Below, piece by piece: positions 52,022 through 64,000 of a stretch of DNA of 64,000 nt. The stretch is taken from the NCBI RefSeq assembly GCF_009914755.1, contig NC_060928.1, one strand, 5' to 3'. The notes under the pieces were generated by a model, which ran no database searches, was not told the DNA's origin, and worked only from the letters and a program-made list of their open reading frames with translations. This DNA is from the human T2T-CHM13v2.0 reference genome, Homo sapiens. Numbering within the stretch: the stretch's first letter is position 1; each line of letters begins with the position of its first letter. Made by a program: the position numbers and the translations under genes.

Positions 52022-55000
52022 TCTCAGTGGAAGTACCGACCCACACGTAGGGGTGCACACACACACGCACACACACAGACACACACATAACTACACCCAG
52101 AAGCGCGCACGTAAACACACACACACCCACACAAACACGAACACCGCCAATCCTACATAAACTAATGAGGAGCCCAAGTTTCTGTCTCTACAACAGGGAC
52201 AACTGGATAGTGATGGCTACATCTCAGGATGAGCCCGCATATGGGAAACATCAAGTTTTGGGGTCGTGAGTCTTCCGAACCTCTGGAGGGACTGTCTGAG
52301 TGTTTGTGTTCATGATAGGCGACATTCAGTGTGTATTTCTGAATATGACCTACCGACGTGTAGGTTTGCGTGTGAGGTAATTGCAGGGGACTCGGTTTCG
52401 TATTTTCTCTTGGGGTGTGTTTCATTCGTCAGTTGTTGGTCGGCATGAGAAGGTGAAAGGTGGCTCATGTGGGACATCCGTGGATCATTCTCGCCACCTT
52501 GAATAGTGGAAGCTGGAATGCATTTGGAAGAGAAGAACGGTGCTCTTCTTTCTTCCCCGGGCTCGCCGTTTTTACACTGGTTCCTGAATGGACCTCAGGC
52601 GCCCTGGGACTTGTGCTCTTGCTGGAACCCACATAACGCCGGAAGCGGACAGACCGACTTGCCTGTTTCACGGTGCCCGCTTCCCATGAGTCGAAACGGA
52701 AGATTTTCCCACGGGCATGTAAGTCATCTGGAAGTAAGCTGTATTGATAATAAAGGAAAGCAAACACAGGAGTGTGTGTATTCAACTGAAATAAATTCAG
52801 AAAGCCCTGAAATCAATCTCACTGGGTGTGTTTAAAAATGGCATTTGGGGAATTTCTGGGTCATTTGTCCAGCTGCGAAAGCTGCATCTCTGAAGCACAG
52901 TCCCTGTCCCGCAGTGAGACTTATTTATCCGACGTGGTGTTTCCGTGGAAATGATTGTGGGAAATGGCCCCTTCCTTTTCTCTATTTGCTGATTAGACTT
53001 CATGGTCCCTTTCTCGTCAGGTACAGTGATCAAAGTTGACCAACCCCAGAGGAAAGCTGCCCAGGGCACAACTCAGGGCTCCGTAGAACCACAGAATCTT
53101 GGGCGCAACCCTGCTCAAGCACCCAAATGTGCATACGAACAGGGTCTCCGTGTGACGTGTGTGAAAACTACAGTGTGATGAGCATGACTGGCAGACAGCT
53201 TATCGATTGGGCTCCCCTCAAAATCGGTTATGAGCATTCAAGCACACCGATGCCCAGGTCCCGGCTGCAGGAATAAGACCCTCCAGGGTCTTGTGTGAAG
53301 CCTCGGCATCTGCATTGCTCATGCTTCTGGGGATCATTCTCCTGAAAATGGTGGCTCCTTTCTCCCTGTGGAGCATCTTTCTAAGCAGCGCTCTTTTCTT
53401 CCCCCAGGACACTTTACATCCGGCACAGGAAGCCTTCTGATGGAGCACACCTGGCCCATGAAAAGACAAGGGAAAGAAACGGGGCCAAAGGTCACAGTCC
53501 TCTCATCCCATCATCCTCCTTAAAATCATCCTAATTTCATGGGCCCTGAAGCCAGGGCTGTTTCTTTACACCTAGAGGCCTTGGCGCCGGGCCTCAATTC
53601 CGCCCTGTTCCTTACCGTCTAAGACATGTTGGGAAAATCCCTAGAGCCAGGATCTTCATTCCCGCTAAGCCAGACAGCCGGAAGACACACCCAAATTCTG
53701 TCCCTCTTACTTCAGGGAACATGTCCACTTTCGGCAGCATTACAATTTTGGCACCAAATGTGCTAACTGCAATTCCACCATACAATGCGTAACTGGAAAT
53801 GGAGGCAACATCTCCGATCCTGAACGATCGATGCGAGAATCCAGGATATGCACGGCTTATTTTGGCCTTTTCCCACTGAAACAAGGGCCAGTATTAAAAA
53901 TGGCACGCTATCCTCTGTTTCACTCCCTGCTTTTAAACGTCTCCGATGTTTCTCCCTGAGACAGGGCCTCACTTCCGTCAGCCGGGCTTTTCTACGGTAT
54001 AATTTTCCTTGTTTGCTTTTGTCCAAATTAGAACTTTTTATTTCATCTCTAGGAAACGTTGATCCATTATCACATACGTATGGAAATATTATCACACATG
54101 CTGTGAGATACGTTGTTTTTATTTTCATCAATTCCTTAATAAACAAAAGGTTATAGCTGGGATACCTTCTGAGTTCTCAAGTTTTTTGTTTCGTGTTTTC
54201 TTAAACTGCCGTCGCACGTCCGAAACCGCTCACTATGCAGTGTCATGACCGTCTCTCTTTTCTGGCAAACATAAATTTGGGGATTGTCATCAATTAGTCT
54301 CTCGGGGATTGCATGATTTCCCCAAAGGCTTTCACAGTCTACTTTGTGCACTGAGTATCTCTTCAAACTTCAGTGCATGTTTCTACCATTTCATGCTTTC
54401 TTATTTGGCAATCTAGCTTCCACAAGAGCATTTCATGCAAAGACTTGTCTTGTTCTCCACTGGCAGGTAATTTCACTCGGACAGAGAATCAATAGGCTCA
54501 ACGTGGAAAGGTTATCGCTGGAAGGTCTGTTTGATTCCACGGATCTCTCCTTTCTCACTAGGGAAGAAAATACGCTGTGCTAAATACTATACTTCATTGA
54601 CTATTCTCAGGTCAGAAAGCGCACTTTCGACTTCTTGTCCTTCCGTCGCTGAGAGGATGATGGTAGCTGCCAAAAGTACCTACTTGGAGGTTCATCCCAG
54701 CACAAACACACACACACACACGCCCCCCCACACACACACACAAACACACTCACACACACACACGCACACGGTTTCCTAGGTAAAGATTTCTTCCCTGCCA
54801 TTGCTTTACCTAAAATAAGGCAACTGTGAGGCCGCTGTCCCAACCCGGTTACACTCCTATTATATGTGCCTATCATCCTGAGGAGTAATTTGATTCAGGT
54901 GTTCTGGAAGTCATGCTGTGGGCTGTGTCTGTTGAATTCCCAGCGATGCCAGGGGACACACCCTGTGACTCCTTCCTGAATTGAGTGCTGATATTTGATT

Positions 55001-55174
55001 GGCTTATCGCGCACCTGATGAGTGGGTGGGGTGTTCGCGGTTGGTGGGGGTGACTTACAGAAGGGCTGATGCGGCCAGAGAGCTCGTCATTTGAAGACTC
55101 TCTCGGAAGGGATAGCGTCTTTCTGCAACCTGCGGTCCCAGCAGACAAACCTTGTGATCCTCGTTCCAGTCGAC

Positions 55175-56767
55175 ATGGAGGACGACTCACTCTACTTGGG
55201 AGGTGAGTGGCAGTTCAACCACTTTTCAAAACTCACATCTTCTCGGCCCGATGCAGCTTTTGCTGAAATCCAGCGGACTTCTCTCCCTGAGAAGTCACCA
55301 CTCTCATGTGAGACCCGTGTCGACCTCTGTGACGATTTGGCTCCTGTGGCAAGACAGCTTGCTCCCAGGGAGAAGCTTCCTCTGAGTAGCAGGAGACCTG
55401 CTGCGGTGGGGGCTGGGCTCCAGAATATGGGAAATACCTGCTACGTGAACGCTTCCTTGCAGTGCCTGACATACACACCGCCCCTTGCCAACTACATGCT
55501 GTCCCGGGAGCACTCTCAAACGTGTCATCGTCACAAGGGCTGCATGCTCTGTACTATGCAAGCTCACATCACACGGGCCCTCCACAATCCTGGCCACGTC
55601 ATCCAGCCCTCACAGGCATTGGCTGCTGGCTTCCATAGAGGCAAGCAGGAAGATGCCCATGAATTTCTCATGTTCACTGTGGATGCCATGAAAAAGGCAT
55701 GCCTTCCCGGGCACAAGCAGGTAGATCATCACTCTAAGGACACCACCCTCATCCACCAAATATTTGGAGGCTACTGGAGATCTCAAATCAAGTGTCTCCA
55801 CTGCCACGGCATTTCAGACACTTTTGACCCTTACCTGGACATCGCCCTGGATATCCAGGCAGCTCAGAGTGTCCAGCAAGCTTTGGAACAGTTGGTGAAG
55901 CCCGAAGAACTCAATGGAGAGAATGCCTATCATTGTGGTGTTTGTCTCCAGAGGGCGCCGGCCTCCAAGACGTTAACTTTACACACCTCTGCCAAGGTCC
56001 TCATCCTTGTATTGAAGAGATTCTCCGATGTCACAGGCAACAAGATTGCCAAGAATGTGCAATATCCTGAGTGCCTTGACATGCAGCCATACATGTCTCA
56101 GCAGAACACAGGACCTCTTGTCTATGTCCTCTATGCTGTGCTGGTCCACGCTGGGTGGAGTTGTCACAACGGACATTACTTCTCTTATGTCAAAGCTCAA
56201 GAAGGCCAGTGGTATAAAATGGATGATGCCGAGGTCACCGCCTCTAGCATCACTTCTGTCCTGAGTCAACAGGCCTACGTCCTCTTTTACATCCAGAAGA
56301 GTGAATGGGAAAGACACAGTGAGAGTGTGTCAAGAGGCAGGGAACCAAGAGCCCTTGGCGCAGAAGACACAGACAGGCGAGCAACGCAAGGAGAGCTCAA
56401 GAGAGACCACCCCTGCCTCCAGGCCCCCGAGTTGGACGAGCACTTGGTGGAAAGAGCCACTCAGGAAAGCACCTTAGACCACTGGAAATTCCTTCAAGAG
56501 CAAAACAAAACGAAGCCTGAGTTCAACGTCAGAAAAGTCGAAGGTACCCTGCCTCCCGACGTACTTGTGATTCATCAATCAAAATACAAGTGTGGGATGA
56601 AGAACCATCATCCTGAACAGCAAAGCTCCCTGCTAAACCTCTCTTCGACGACCCCGACACATCAGGAGTCCATGAACACTGGCACACTCGCTTCCCTGCG
56701 AGGGAGGGCCAGGAGATCCAAAGGGAAGAACAAACACAGCAAGAGGGCTCTGCTTGTGTGCCAGTGA
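55175..56767 (+). CDS. USP17L: USP17-like copy 12, 530 aa, consensus protein
   Basis: Intact ORF; synonymous CTC>CTT. Confidence 0.96.
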   Translation: MEDDSLYLGGEWQFNHFSKLTSSRPDAAFAEIQRTSLPEKSPLSCETRVDLCDDLAPVARQLAPREKLPLSSRRPAAVGAGLQNMGNTCYVNASLQCLTYTPPLANYMLSREHSQTCHRHKGCMLCTMQAHITRALHNPGHVIQPSQALAAGFHRGKQEDAHEFLMFTVDAMKKACLPGHKQVDHHSKDTTLIHQIFGGYWRSQIKCLHCHGISDTFDPYLDIALDIQAAQSVQQALEQLVKPEELNGENAYHCGVCLQRAPASKTLTLHTSAKVLILVLKRFSDVTGNKIAKNVQYPECLDMQPYMSQQNTGPLVYVLYAVLVHAGWSCHNGHYFSYVKAQEGQWYKMDDAEVTASSITSVLSQQAYVLFYIQKSEWERHSESVSRGREPRALGAEDTDRRATQGELKRDHPCLQAPELDEHLVERATQESTLDHWKFLQEQNKTKPEFNVRKVEGTLPPDVLVIHQSKYKCGMKNHHPEQQSSLLNLSSTTPTHQESMNTGTLASLRGRARRSKGKNKHSKRALLVCQ

Positions 56768-59700
56768 TCTCAGTGGAAGTACCGACCCACACGTAGGGGT
56801 GCACACACACACGCACACACACAGACACACACATAACTACACCCAGAAGCGCGCACGTAAACACACACACACCCACACAAACACGAACACCGCCAATCCT
56901 ACATAAACTAATGAGGAGCCCAAGTTTCTGTCTCTACAACAGGGACAACTGGATAGTGATGGCTACATCTCAGGATGAGCCCGCATATGGGAAACATCAA
57001 GTTTTGGGGTCGTGAGTCTTCCGAACCTCTGGAGGGACTGTCTGAGTGTTTGTGTTCATGATAGGCGACATTCAGTGTGTATTTCTGAATATGACCTACC
57101 GACGTGTAGGTTTGCGTGTGAGGTAATTGCAGGGGACTCGGTTTCGTATTTTCTCTTGGGGTGTGTTTCATTCGTCAGTTGTTGGTCGGCATGAGAAGGT
57201 GAAAGGTGGCTCATGTGGGACATCCGTGGATCATTCTCGCCACCTTGAATAGTGGAAGCTGGAATGCATTTGGAAGAGAAGAACGGTGCTCTTCTTTCTT
57301 CCCCGGGCTCGCCGTTTTTACACTGGTTCCTGAATGGACCTCAGGCGCCCTGGGACTTGTGCTCTTGCTGGAACCCACATAACGCCGGAAGCGGACAGAC
57401 CGACTTGCCTGTTTCACGGTGCCCGCTTCCCATGAGTCGAAACGGAAAATTTTCCCACGGGCATGTAAGTCATCTGGAAGTAAGCTGTATTGATAATAAA
57501 GGAAAGCAAACACAGGAGTGTGTGTATTCAACTGAAATAAATTCAGAAAGCCCTGAAATCAATCTCACTGGGTGTGTTTAAAAATGGCATTTGGGGAATT
57601 TCTGGGTCATTTGTCCAGCTGCGAAAGCTGCATCTCTGAAGCACAGTCCCTGTCCCGCAGTGAGACTTATTGATCCGACGTGGTGTTTCCGTGGAAATGA
57701 TTGTGGGAAATGGCCCCTTCCTTTTCTCTATTTGCTGATTAGACTTCATGGTCCCTTTCTCGTCAGGTACAGTGATCAAAGTTGACCAACCCCAGAGGAA
57801 AGCTGCCCAGGGCACAACTCAGGGCTCCGTAGAACCACAGAATCTTGGGCGCAACCCTGCTCAAGCACCCAAATGTGCATACGAACAGGGTCTCCGTGTG
57901 ACGTGTGTGAAAACTACAGTGTGATGAGCATGACTGGCAGACAGCTTATCGATTGGGCTCCCCTCAAAATCGGTTATGAGCATTCAAGCACACCGATGCC
58001 CAGGTCCCGGCTGCAGGAATAAGACCCTCCAGGGTCTTGTGTGAAGCCTCGGCATCTGCATTGCTCATGCTTCTGGGGATCATTCTCCTGAAAATGGTGG
58101 CTCCTTTCTCCCTGTGGAGCATCTTTCTAAGCAGTGCTCTTTTCTTCCCCCAGGACACTTTACATCCGGCACAGGAAGCCTTCTGATGGAGCACACCTGG
58201 CCCATGAAAAGACAAGGGAAAGAAACGGGGCCAAAGGTCACAGTCCTCTCATCCCATCATCCTCCTTAAAATCATCCTAATTTCATGGGCCCTGAAGCCA
58301 GGGCTGTTTCTTTACACCTAGAGGCCTTGGCGCCGGGCCTCAATTCCGCCCTGTTCCTTACCGTCTAAGACATGTTGGGAAAATCCCTAGAGCCAGGATC
58401 TTCATTCCCGCTAAGCCAGACAGCCGGAAGACACACCCAAATTCTGTCCCTCTTACTTCAGGGAACATGTCCACTTTCGGCAGCATTACAATTTTGGCAC
58501 CAAATGTGCTAACTGCAATTCCACCATACAATGCGTAACTGGAAATGGAGGCAACATCTCCGATCCTGAACGATCGATGCGAGAATCCAGGATATGCACG
58601 GCTTATTTTGGCCTTTTCCCACTGAAACAAGGGCCAGTATTAAAAATGGCACGCTATCCTCTGTTTCACTCCCTGCTTTTAAACGTCTCCGATGTTTCTC
58701 CCTGAGACAGGGCCTCACTTCCGTCAGCCGGGCTTTTCTACGGTATAATTTTCCTTGTTTGCTTTTGTCCAAATTAGAACTTTTTATTTCATCTCTAGGA
58801 AACGTTGATCCATTATCACATACGTATGGAAATATTATCACACATGCTGTGAGATACGTTGTTTTTATTTTCATCAATTCCTTAATAAACAAAAGGTTAT
58901 AGCTGGGATACCTTCTGAGTTCTCAAGTTTTTTGTTTCGTGTTTTCTTAAACTGCCGTCGCACGTCCGAAACCGCTCACTATGCAGTGTCATGACCGTCT
59001 CTCTTTTCTGGCAAACATAAATTTGGGGATTGTCATCAATTAGTCTCTCGGGGATTGCATGATTTCCCCAAAGGCTTTCACAGTCTACTTTGTGCACTGA
59101 GTATCTCTTCAAACTTCAGTGCATGTTTCTACCATTTGATGCTTTCTTATTTGGCAATCTAGCTTCCACAAGAGCATTTCATGCAAAGACTTGTCTTGTT
59201 CTCCACTGGCAGGTAATTTCACTCGGACAGAGAATCAATAGGCTCAACGTGGAAAGGTTATCGCTGGAAGGTCTGTTTGATTCCACGGATCTCTCCTTTC
59301 TCACTAGGGAAGAAAATACGCTGTGCTAAATACTATACTTCATTGACTATTCTCAGGTCAGAAAGCGCACTTTCGACTTCTTGTCCTTCCGTCGCTGAGA
59401 GGATGATGGCAGCTGCCAAAAGTACCTACTTGGAGGTTCATCCCAGCACAAACACACACACACACACGCCCCCCCACACACACACACAAACACACTCACA
59501 CACACACACGCACACGGTTTCCTAGGTAAAGATTTCTTCCCTGCCATTGCTTTACCTAAAATAAGGCAACTGTGAGGCCGCTGTCCCAACCCGGTTACAC
59601 TCCTATTATATGTGCCTATCATCCTGAGGAGTAATTTGATTCAGGTGTTCTGGAAGTCATGCTGTGGGCTGTGTCTGTTGAATTCCCAGCGATGCCAGGG

Positions 59701-59920
59701 GACACACCCTGTGACTCCTTCCTGAATTGAGTGCTGATATTTGATTGGCTTATCGCGCACCTGATGAGTGGGTGGGGTGTTCGCGGTTGGTGGGGGTGAC
59801 TTACAGAAGGGCTGATGCGGCCAGAGAGCTCGTCATTTGAAGACTCTCTTGGAAGGGATAGCGTCTTTCTGCAACCTGCGGTCCCAGCAGACAAACCTTG
59901 TGATCCTCGTTCCAGTCGAC

Positions 59921-61513
59921 ATGGAGGACGACTCACTCTACTTGGGAGGTGAGTGGCAGTTCAACCACTTTTCAAAACTCACATCTTCTCGGCCCGATGC
60001 AGCTTTTGCTGAAATCCAGCGGACTTCTCTCCCTGAGAAGTCACCACTCTCATGTGAGACCCGTGTCGACCTCTGTGACGATTTGGCTCCTGTGGCAAGA
60101 CAGCTTGCTCCCAGGGAGAAGCTTCCTCTGAGTAGCAGGAGACCTGCTGCGGTGGGGGCTGGGCTCCAGAATATGGGAAATACCTGCTACGTGAACGCTT
60201 CCTTGCAGTGCCTGACATACACACCGCCCCTTGCCAACTACATGCTGTCCCGGGAGCACTCTCAAACGTGTCATCGTCACAAGGGCTGCATGCTCTGTAC
60301 TATGCAAGCTCACATCACACGGGCCCTCCACAATCCTGGCCACGTCATCCAGCCCTCACAGGCATTGGCTGCTGGCTTCCATAGAGGCAAGCAGGAAGAT
60401 GCCCATGAATTTCTCATGTTCACTGTGGATGCCATGAAAAAGGCATGCCTTCCCGGGCACAAGCAGGTAGATCATCACTCTAAGGACACCACCCTCATCC
60501 ACCAAATATTTGGAGGCTACTGGAGATCTCAAATCAAGTGTCTCCACTGCCACGGCATTTCAGACACTTTTGACCCTTACCTGGACATCGCCCTGGATAT
60601 CCAGGCAGCTCAGAGTGTCCAGCAAGCTTTGGAACAGTTGGTGAAGCCCGAAGAACTCAATGGAGAGAATGCCTATCATTGTGGTGTTTGTCTCCAGAGG
60701 GCGCCGGCCTCCAAGACGTTAACTTTACACACCTCTGCCAAGGTCCTCATCCTTGTATTGAAGAGATTCTCCGATGTCACAGGCAACAAGATTGCCAAGA
60801 ATGTGCAATATCCTGAGTGCCTTGACATGCAGCCATACATGTCTCAGCAGAACACAGGACCTCTTGTCTATGTCCTCTATGCTGTGCTGGTCCACGCTGG
60901 GTGGAGTTGTCACAACGGACATTACTTCTCTTATGTCAAAGCTCAAGAAGGCCAGTGGTATAAAATGGATGATGCCGAGGTCACCGCCTCTAGCATCACT
61001 TCTGTCCTGAGTCAACAGGCCTACGTCCTCTTTTACATCCAGAAGAGTGAATGGGAAAGACACAGTGAGAGTGTGTCAAGAGGCAGGGAACCAAGAGCCC
61101 TTGGCGCAGAAGACACAGACAGGCGAGCAACGCAAGGAGAGCTCAAGAGAGACCACCCCTGCCTCCAGGCCCCCGAGTTGGACGAGCACTTGGTGGAAAG
61201 AGCCACACAGGAAAGCACCTTAGACCACTGGAAATTCCTTCAAGAGCAAAACAAAACGAAGCCTGAGTTCAACGTCAGAAAAGTCGAAGGTACCCTGCCT
61301 CCCGACGTACTTGTGATTCATCAATCAAAATACAAGTGTGGGATGAAGAACCATCATCCTGAACAGCAAAGCTCCCTGCTAAACCTCTCTTCGACGACCC
61401 CGACACATCAGGAGTCCATGAACACTGGCACACTCGCTTCCCTGCGAGGGAGGGCCAGGAGATCCAAAGGGAAGAACAAACACAGCAAGAGGGCTCTGCT
61501 TGTGTGCCAGTGA
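59921..61513 (+). CDS. USP17L: USP17-like copy 13, 530 aa, consensus protein
   Basis: Intact ORF; synonymous CTC>CTT and ACT>ACA. The S>L change in the ORF track lies upstream of the ATG. Confidence 0.96.
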   Translation: MEDDSLYLGGEWQFNHFSKLTSSRPDAAFAEIQRTSLPEKSPLSCETRVDLCDDLAPVARQLAPREKLPLSSRRPAAVGAGLQNMGNTCYVNASLQCLTYTPPLANYMLSREHSQTCHRHKGCMLCTMQAHITRALHNPGHVIQPSQALAAGFHRGKQEDAHEFLMFTVDAMKKACLPGHKQVDHHSKDTTLIHQIFGGYWRSQIKCLHCHGISDTFDPYLDIALDIQAAQSVQQALEQLVKPEELNGENAYHCGVCLQRAPASKTLTLHTSAKVLILVLKRFSDVTGNKIAKNVQYPECLDMQPYMSQQNTGPLVYVLYAVLVHAGWSCHNGHYFSYVKAQEGQWYKMDDAEVTASSITSVLSQQAYVLFYIQKSEWERHSESVSRGREPRALGAEDTDRRATQGELKRDHPCLQAPELDEHLVERATQESTLDHWKFLQEQNKTKPEFNVRKVEGTLPPDVLVIHQSKYKCGMKNHHPEQQSSLLNLSSTTPTHQESMNTGTLASLRGRARRSKGKNKHSKRALLVCQ

Positions 61514-61697
61514 TCTCAGTGGAAGTACCGACCCACACGTAGGGGTGCACACACACACGCACACACACAGACACACACATAACTACACCCAGAAGCGCGC
61601 ACGTAAACACACACACACCCACACAAACACGAACACCGCCAATCCTACATAAACTAATGAGGAGCCCAAGTTTCTGTCTCTACAACAGGGACAACTG

Positions 61698-64000
61698 GAT
61701 AGTGATGGCTACATCTCAGGATGAGCCCGCATATGGGAAACATCAAGTTTTGGGGTCGTGAGTCTTCCGAACCTCTGGAGGGACTGTCTGAGTGTTTGTG
61801 TTCATGATAGGCGACATTCAGTGTGTATTTCTGAATATGACCTACCGACGTGTAGGTTTGCGTGTGAGGTAATTGCAGGGGACTCGGTTTCGTATTTTCT
61901 CTTGGGGTGTGTTTCATTCGTCAGTTGTTGGTCGGCATGAGAAGGTGAAAGGTGGCTCATGTGGGACATCCGTGGATCATTCTCGCCACCTTGAATAGTG
62001 GAAGCTGGAATGCATTTGGAAGAGAAGAACGGTGCTCTTCTTTCTTCCCCGGGCTCGCCGTTTTTACACTGGTTCCTGAATGGACCTCAGGCGCCCTGGG
62101 ACTTGTGCTCTTGCTGGAACCCACATAACGCCGGAAGCGGACAGACCGACTTGCCTGTTTCACGGTGCCCGCTTCCCATGAGTCGAAACGGAAAATTTTC
62201 CCACGGGCATGTAAGTCATCTGGAAGTAAGCTGTATTGATAATAAAGGAAAGCAAACACAGGAGTGTGTGTATTCAACTGAAATAAATTCAGAAAGCCCT
62301 GAAATCAATCTCACTGGGTGTGTTTAAAAATGGCATTTGGGGAATTTCTGGGTCATTTGTCCAGCTGCGAAAGCTGCATCTCTGAAGCACAGTCCCTGTC
62401 CCGCAGTGAGACTTATTGATCCGACGTGGTGTTTCCGTGGAAATGATTGTGGGAAATGGCCCCTTCCTTTTCTCTATTTGCTGATTAGACTTCATGGTCC
62501 CTTTCTCGTCAGGTACAGTGATCAAAGTTGACCAACCCCAGAGGAAAGCTGCCCAGGGCACAACTCAGGGCTCCGTAGAACCACAGAATCTTGGGCGCAA
62601 CCCTGCTCAAGCACCCAAATGTGCATACGAACAGGGTCTCCGTGTGACGTGTGTGAAAACTACAGTGTGATGAGCATGACTGGCAGACAGCTTATCGATT
62701 GGGCTCCCCTCAAAATCGGTTATGAGCATTCAAGCACACCGATGCCCAGGTCCCGGCTGCAGGAATAAGACCCTCCAGGGTCTTGTGTGAAGCCTCGGCA
62801 TCTGCATTGCTCATGCTTCTGGGGATCATTCTCCTGAAAATGGTGGCTCCTTTCTCCCTGTGGAGCATCTTTCTAAGCAGCGCTCTTTTCTTCCCCCAGG
62901 ACACTTTACATCCGGCACAGGAAGCCTTCTGATGGAGCACACCTGGCCCATGAAAAGACAAGGGAAAGAAACGGGGCCAAAGGTCACAGTCCTCTCATCC
63001 CATCATCCTCCTTAAAATCATCCTAATTTCATGGGCCCTGAAGCCAGGGCTGTTTCTTTACACCTAGAGGCCTTGGCGCCGGGCCTCAATTCCGCCCTGT
63101 TCCTTACCGTCTAAGACATGTTGGGAAAATCCCTAGAGCCAGGATCTTCATTCCCGCTAAGCCAGACAGCCGGAAGACACACCCAAATTCTGTCCCTCTT
63201 ACTTCAGGGAACATGTCCACTTTCGGCAGCATTACAATTTTGGCACCAAATGTGCTAACTGCAATTCCACCATACAATGCGTAACTGGAAATGGAGGCAA
63301 CATCTCCGATCCTGAACGATCGATGCGAGAATCCAGGATATGCACGGCTTATTTTGGCCTTTTCCCACTGAAACAAGGGCCAGTATTAAAAATGGCACGC
63401 TATCCTCTGTTTCACTCCCTGCTTTTAAACGTCTCCGATGTTTCTCCCTGAGACAGGGCCTCACTTCCGTCAGCCGGGCTTTTCTACGGTATAATTTTCC
63501 TTGTTTGCTTTTGTCCAAATTAGAACTTTTTATTTCATCTCTAGGAAACGTTGATCCATTATCACATACGTATGGAAATATTATCACACATGCTGTGAGA
63601 TACGTTGTTTTTATTTTCATCAATTCCTTAATAAACAAAAGGTTATAGCTGGGATACCTTCTGAGTTCTCAAGTTTTTTGTTTCGTGTTTTCTTAAACTG
63701 CCGTCGCACGTCCGAAACCGCTCACTATGCAGTGTCATGACCGTCTCTCTTTTCTGGCAAACATAAATTTGGGGATTGTCATCAATTAGTCTCTCGGGGA
63801 TTGCATGATTTCCCCAAAGGCTTTCACAGTCTACTTTGTGCACTGAGTATCTCTTCAAACTTCAGTGCATGTTTCTACCATTTCATGCTTTCTTATTTGG
63901 CAATCTAGCTTCCACAAGAGCATTTCATGCAAAGACTTGTCTTGTTCTCCACTGGCAGGTAATTTCACTCGGACAGAGAATCAATAGGCTCAACGTGGAA
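61698..64000. repeat. Partial 14th RS447 unit (spacer only, cut by the window edge)
   Basis: Colinear with positions 1-2303 of unit 1. Confidence 0.95.

Larger units (their letters stand above)
1..64000. repeat. RS447: RS447 macrosatellite tandem array, about 13.5 copies of a 4,746-bp unit; both ends run off the window
   Basis: Every ORF recurs at +4746 (2886, 7632, 12378, then 17123 after a 1-bp deletion, ... 59837). Units differ only by scattered SNVs. A 4.7-kb unit carrying an intronless USP17 ORF is the established description of RS447. Confidence 0.97.

Noticed and set aside
2970-61513. Assigning numbered paralogue symbols (USP17L10-30) to individual copies
   Set aside because: Copies are nearly identical and copy number is polymorphic, so numbering needs alignment to a reference.
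1-64000. CRISPR array, prophage or other prokaryotic system
   Set aside because: The repeat unit is 4.7 kb, has no unique spacers and encodes a mammalian deubiquitinase.
1-64000. Array as a pure assembly or concatemer artefact
   Set aside because: Units carry distinct, structured SNV haplotypes, and a multi-copy RS447 array is established. Exact unit order still needs long-read support.

Overview
The whole 64 kb window is one head-to-tail tandem array with a 4,746-bp period: 13 full units plus 2.3 kb of a 14th, with unit 4 one base shorter. Each unit carries one intronless + strand ORF of 530 aa (ATG in GTCGACATGG) encoding a USP17/DUB3-family deubiquitinase with intact C89/H334/D350. This matches the known human RS447 macrosatellite / USP17L cluster, most likely the main 4p16.1 array. 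That placement comes from recognising the protein and unit size, not from a database search. The locus itself is therefore not a new system. The new information lies in differences between copies: a variant-dense tract in unit 4, an L165P allele in copies 6-7, a triallelic codon 262, loss of one poly(A) signal and a mosaic duplication history. It also lies in motifs repeated in every unit (DUX4-like/CCAAT, ZSCAN4-type CA tract, STAT/NF-kB/ETS sites, strong cryptic splice sites). Variants were read by eye with help from the ORF track, so the lists may be incomplete. Unit starts used: 1, 4747, 9493, 14239, 18984, 23730, 28476, 33222, 37968, 42714, 47460, 52206, 56952, 61698.
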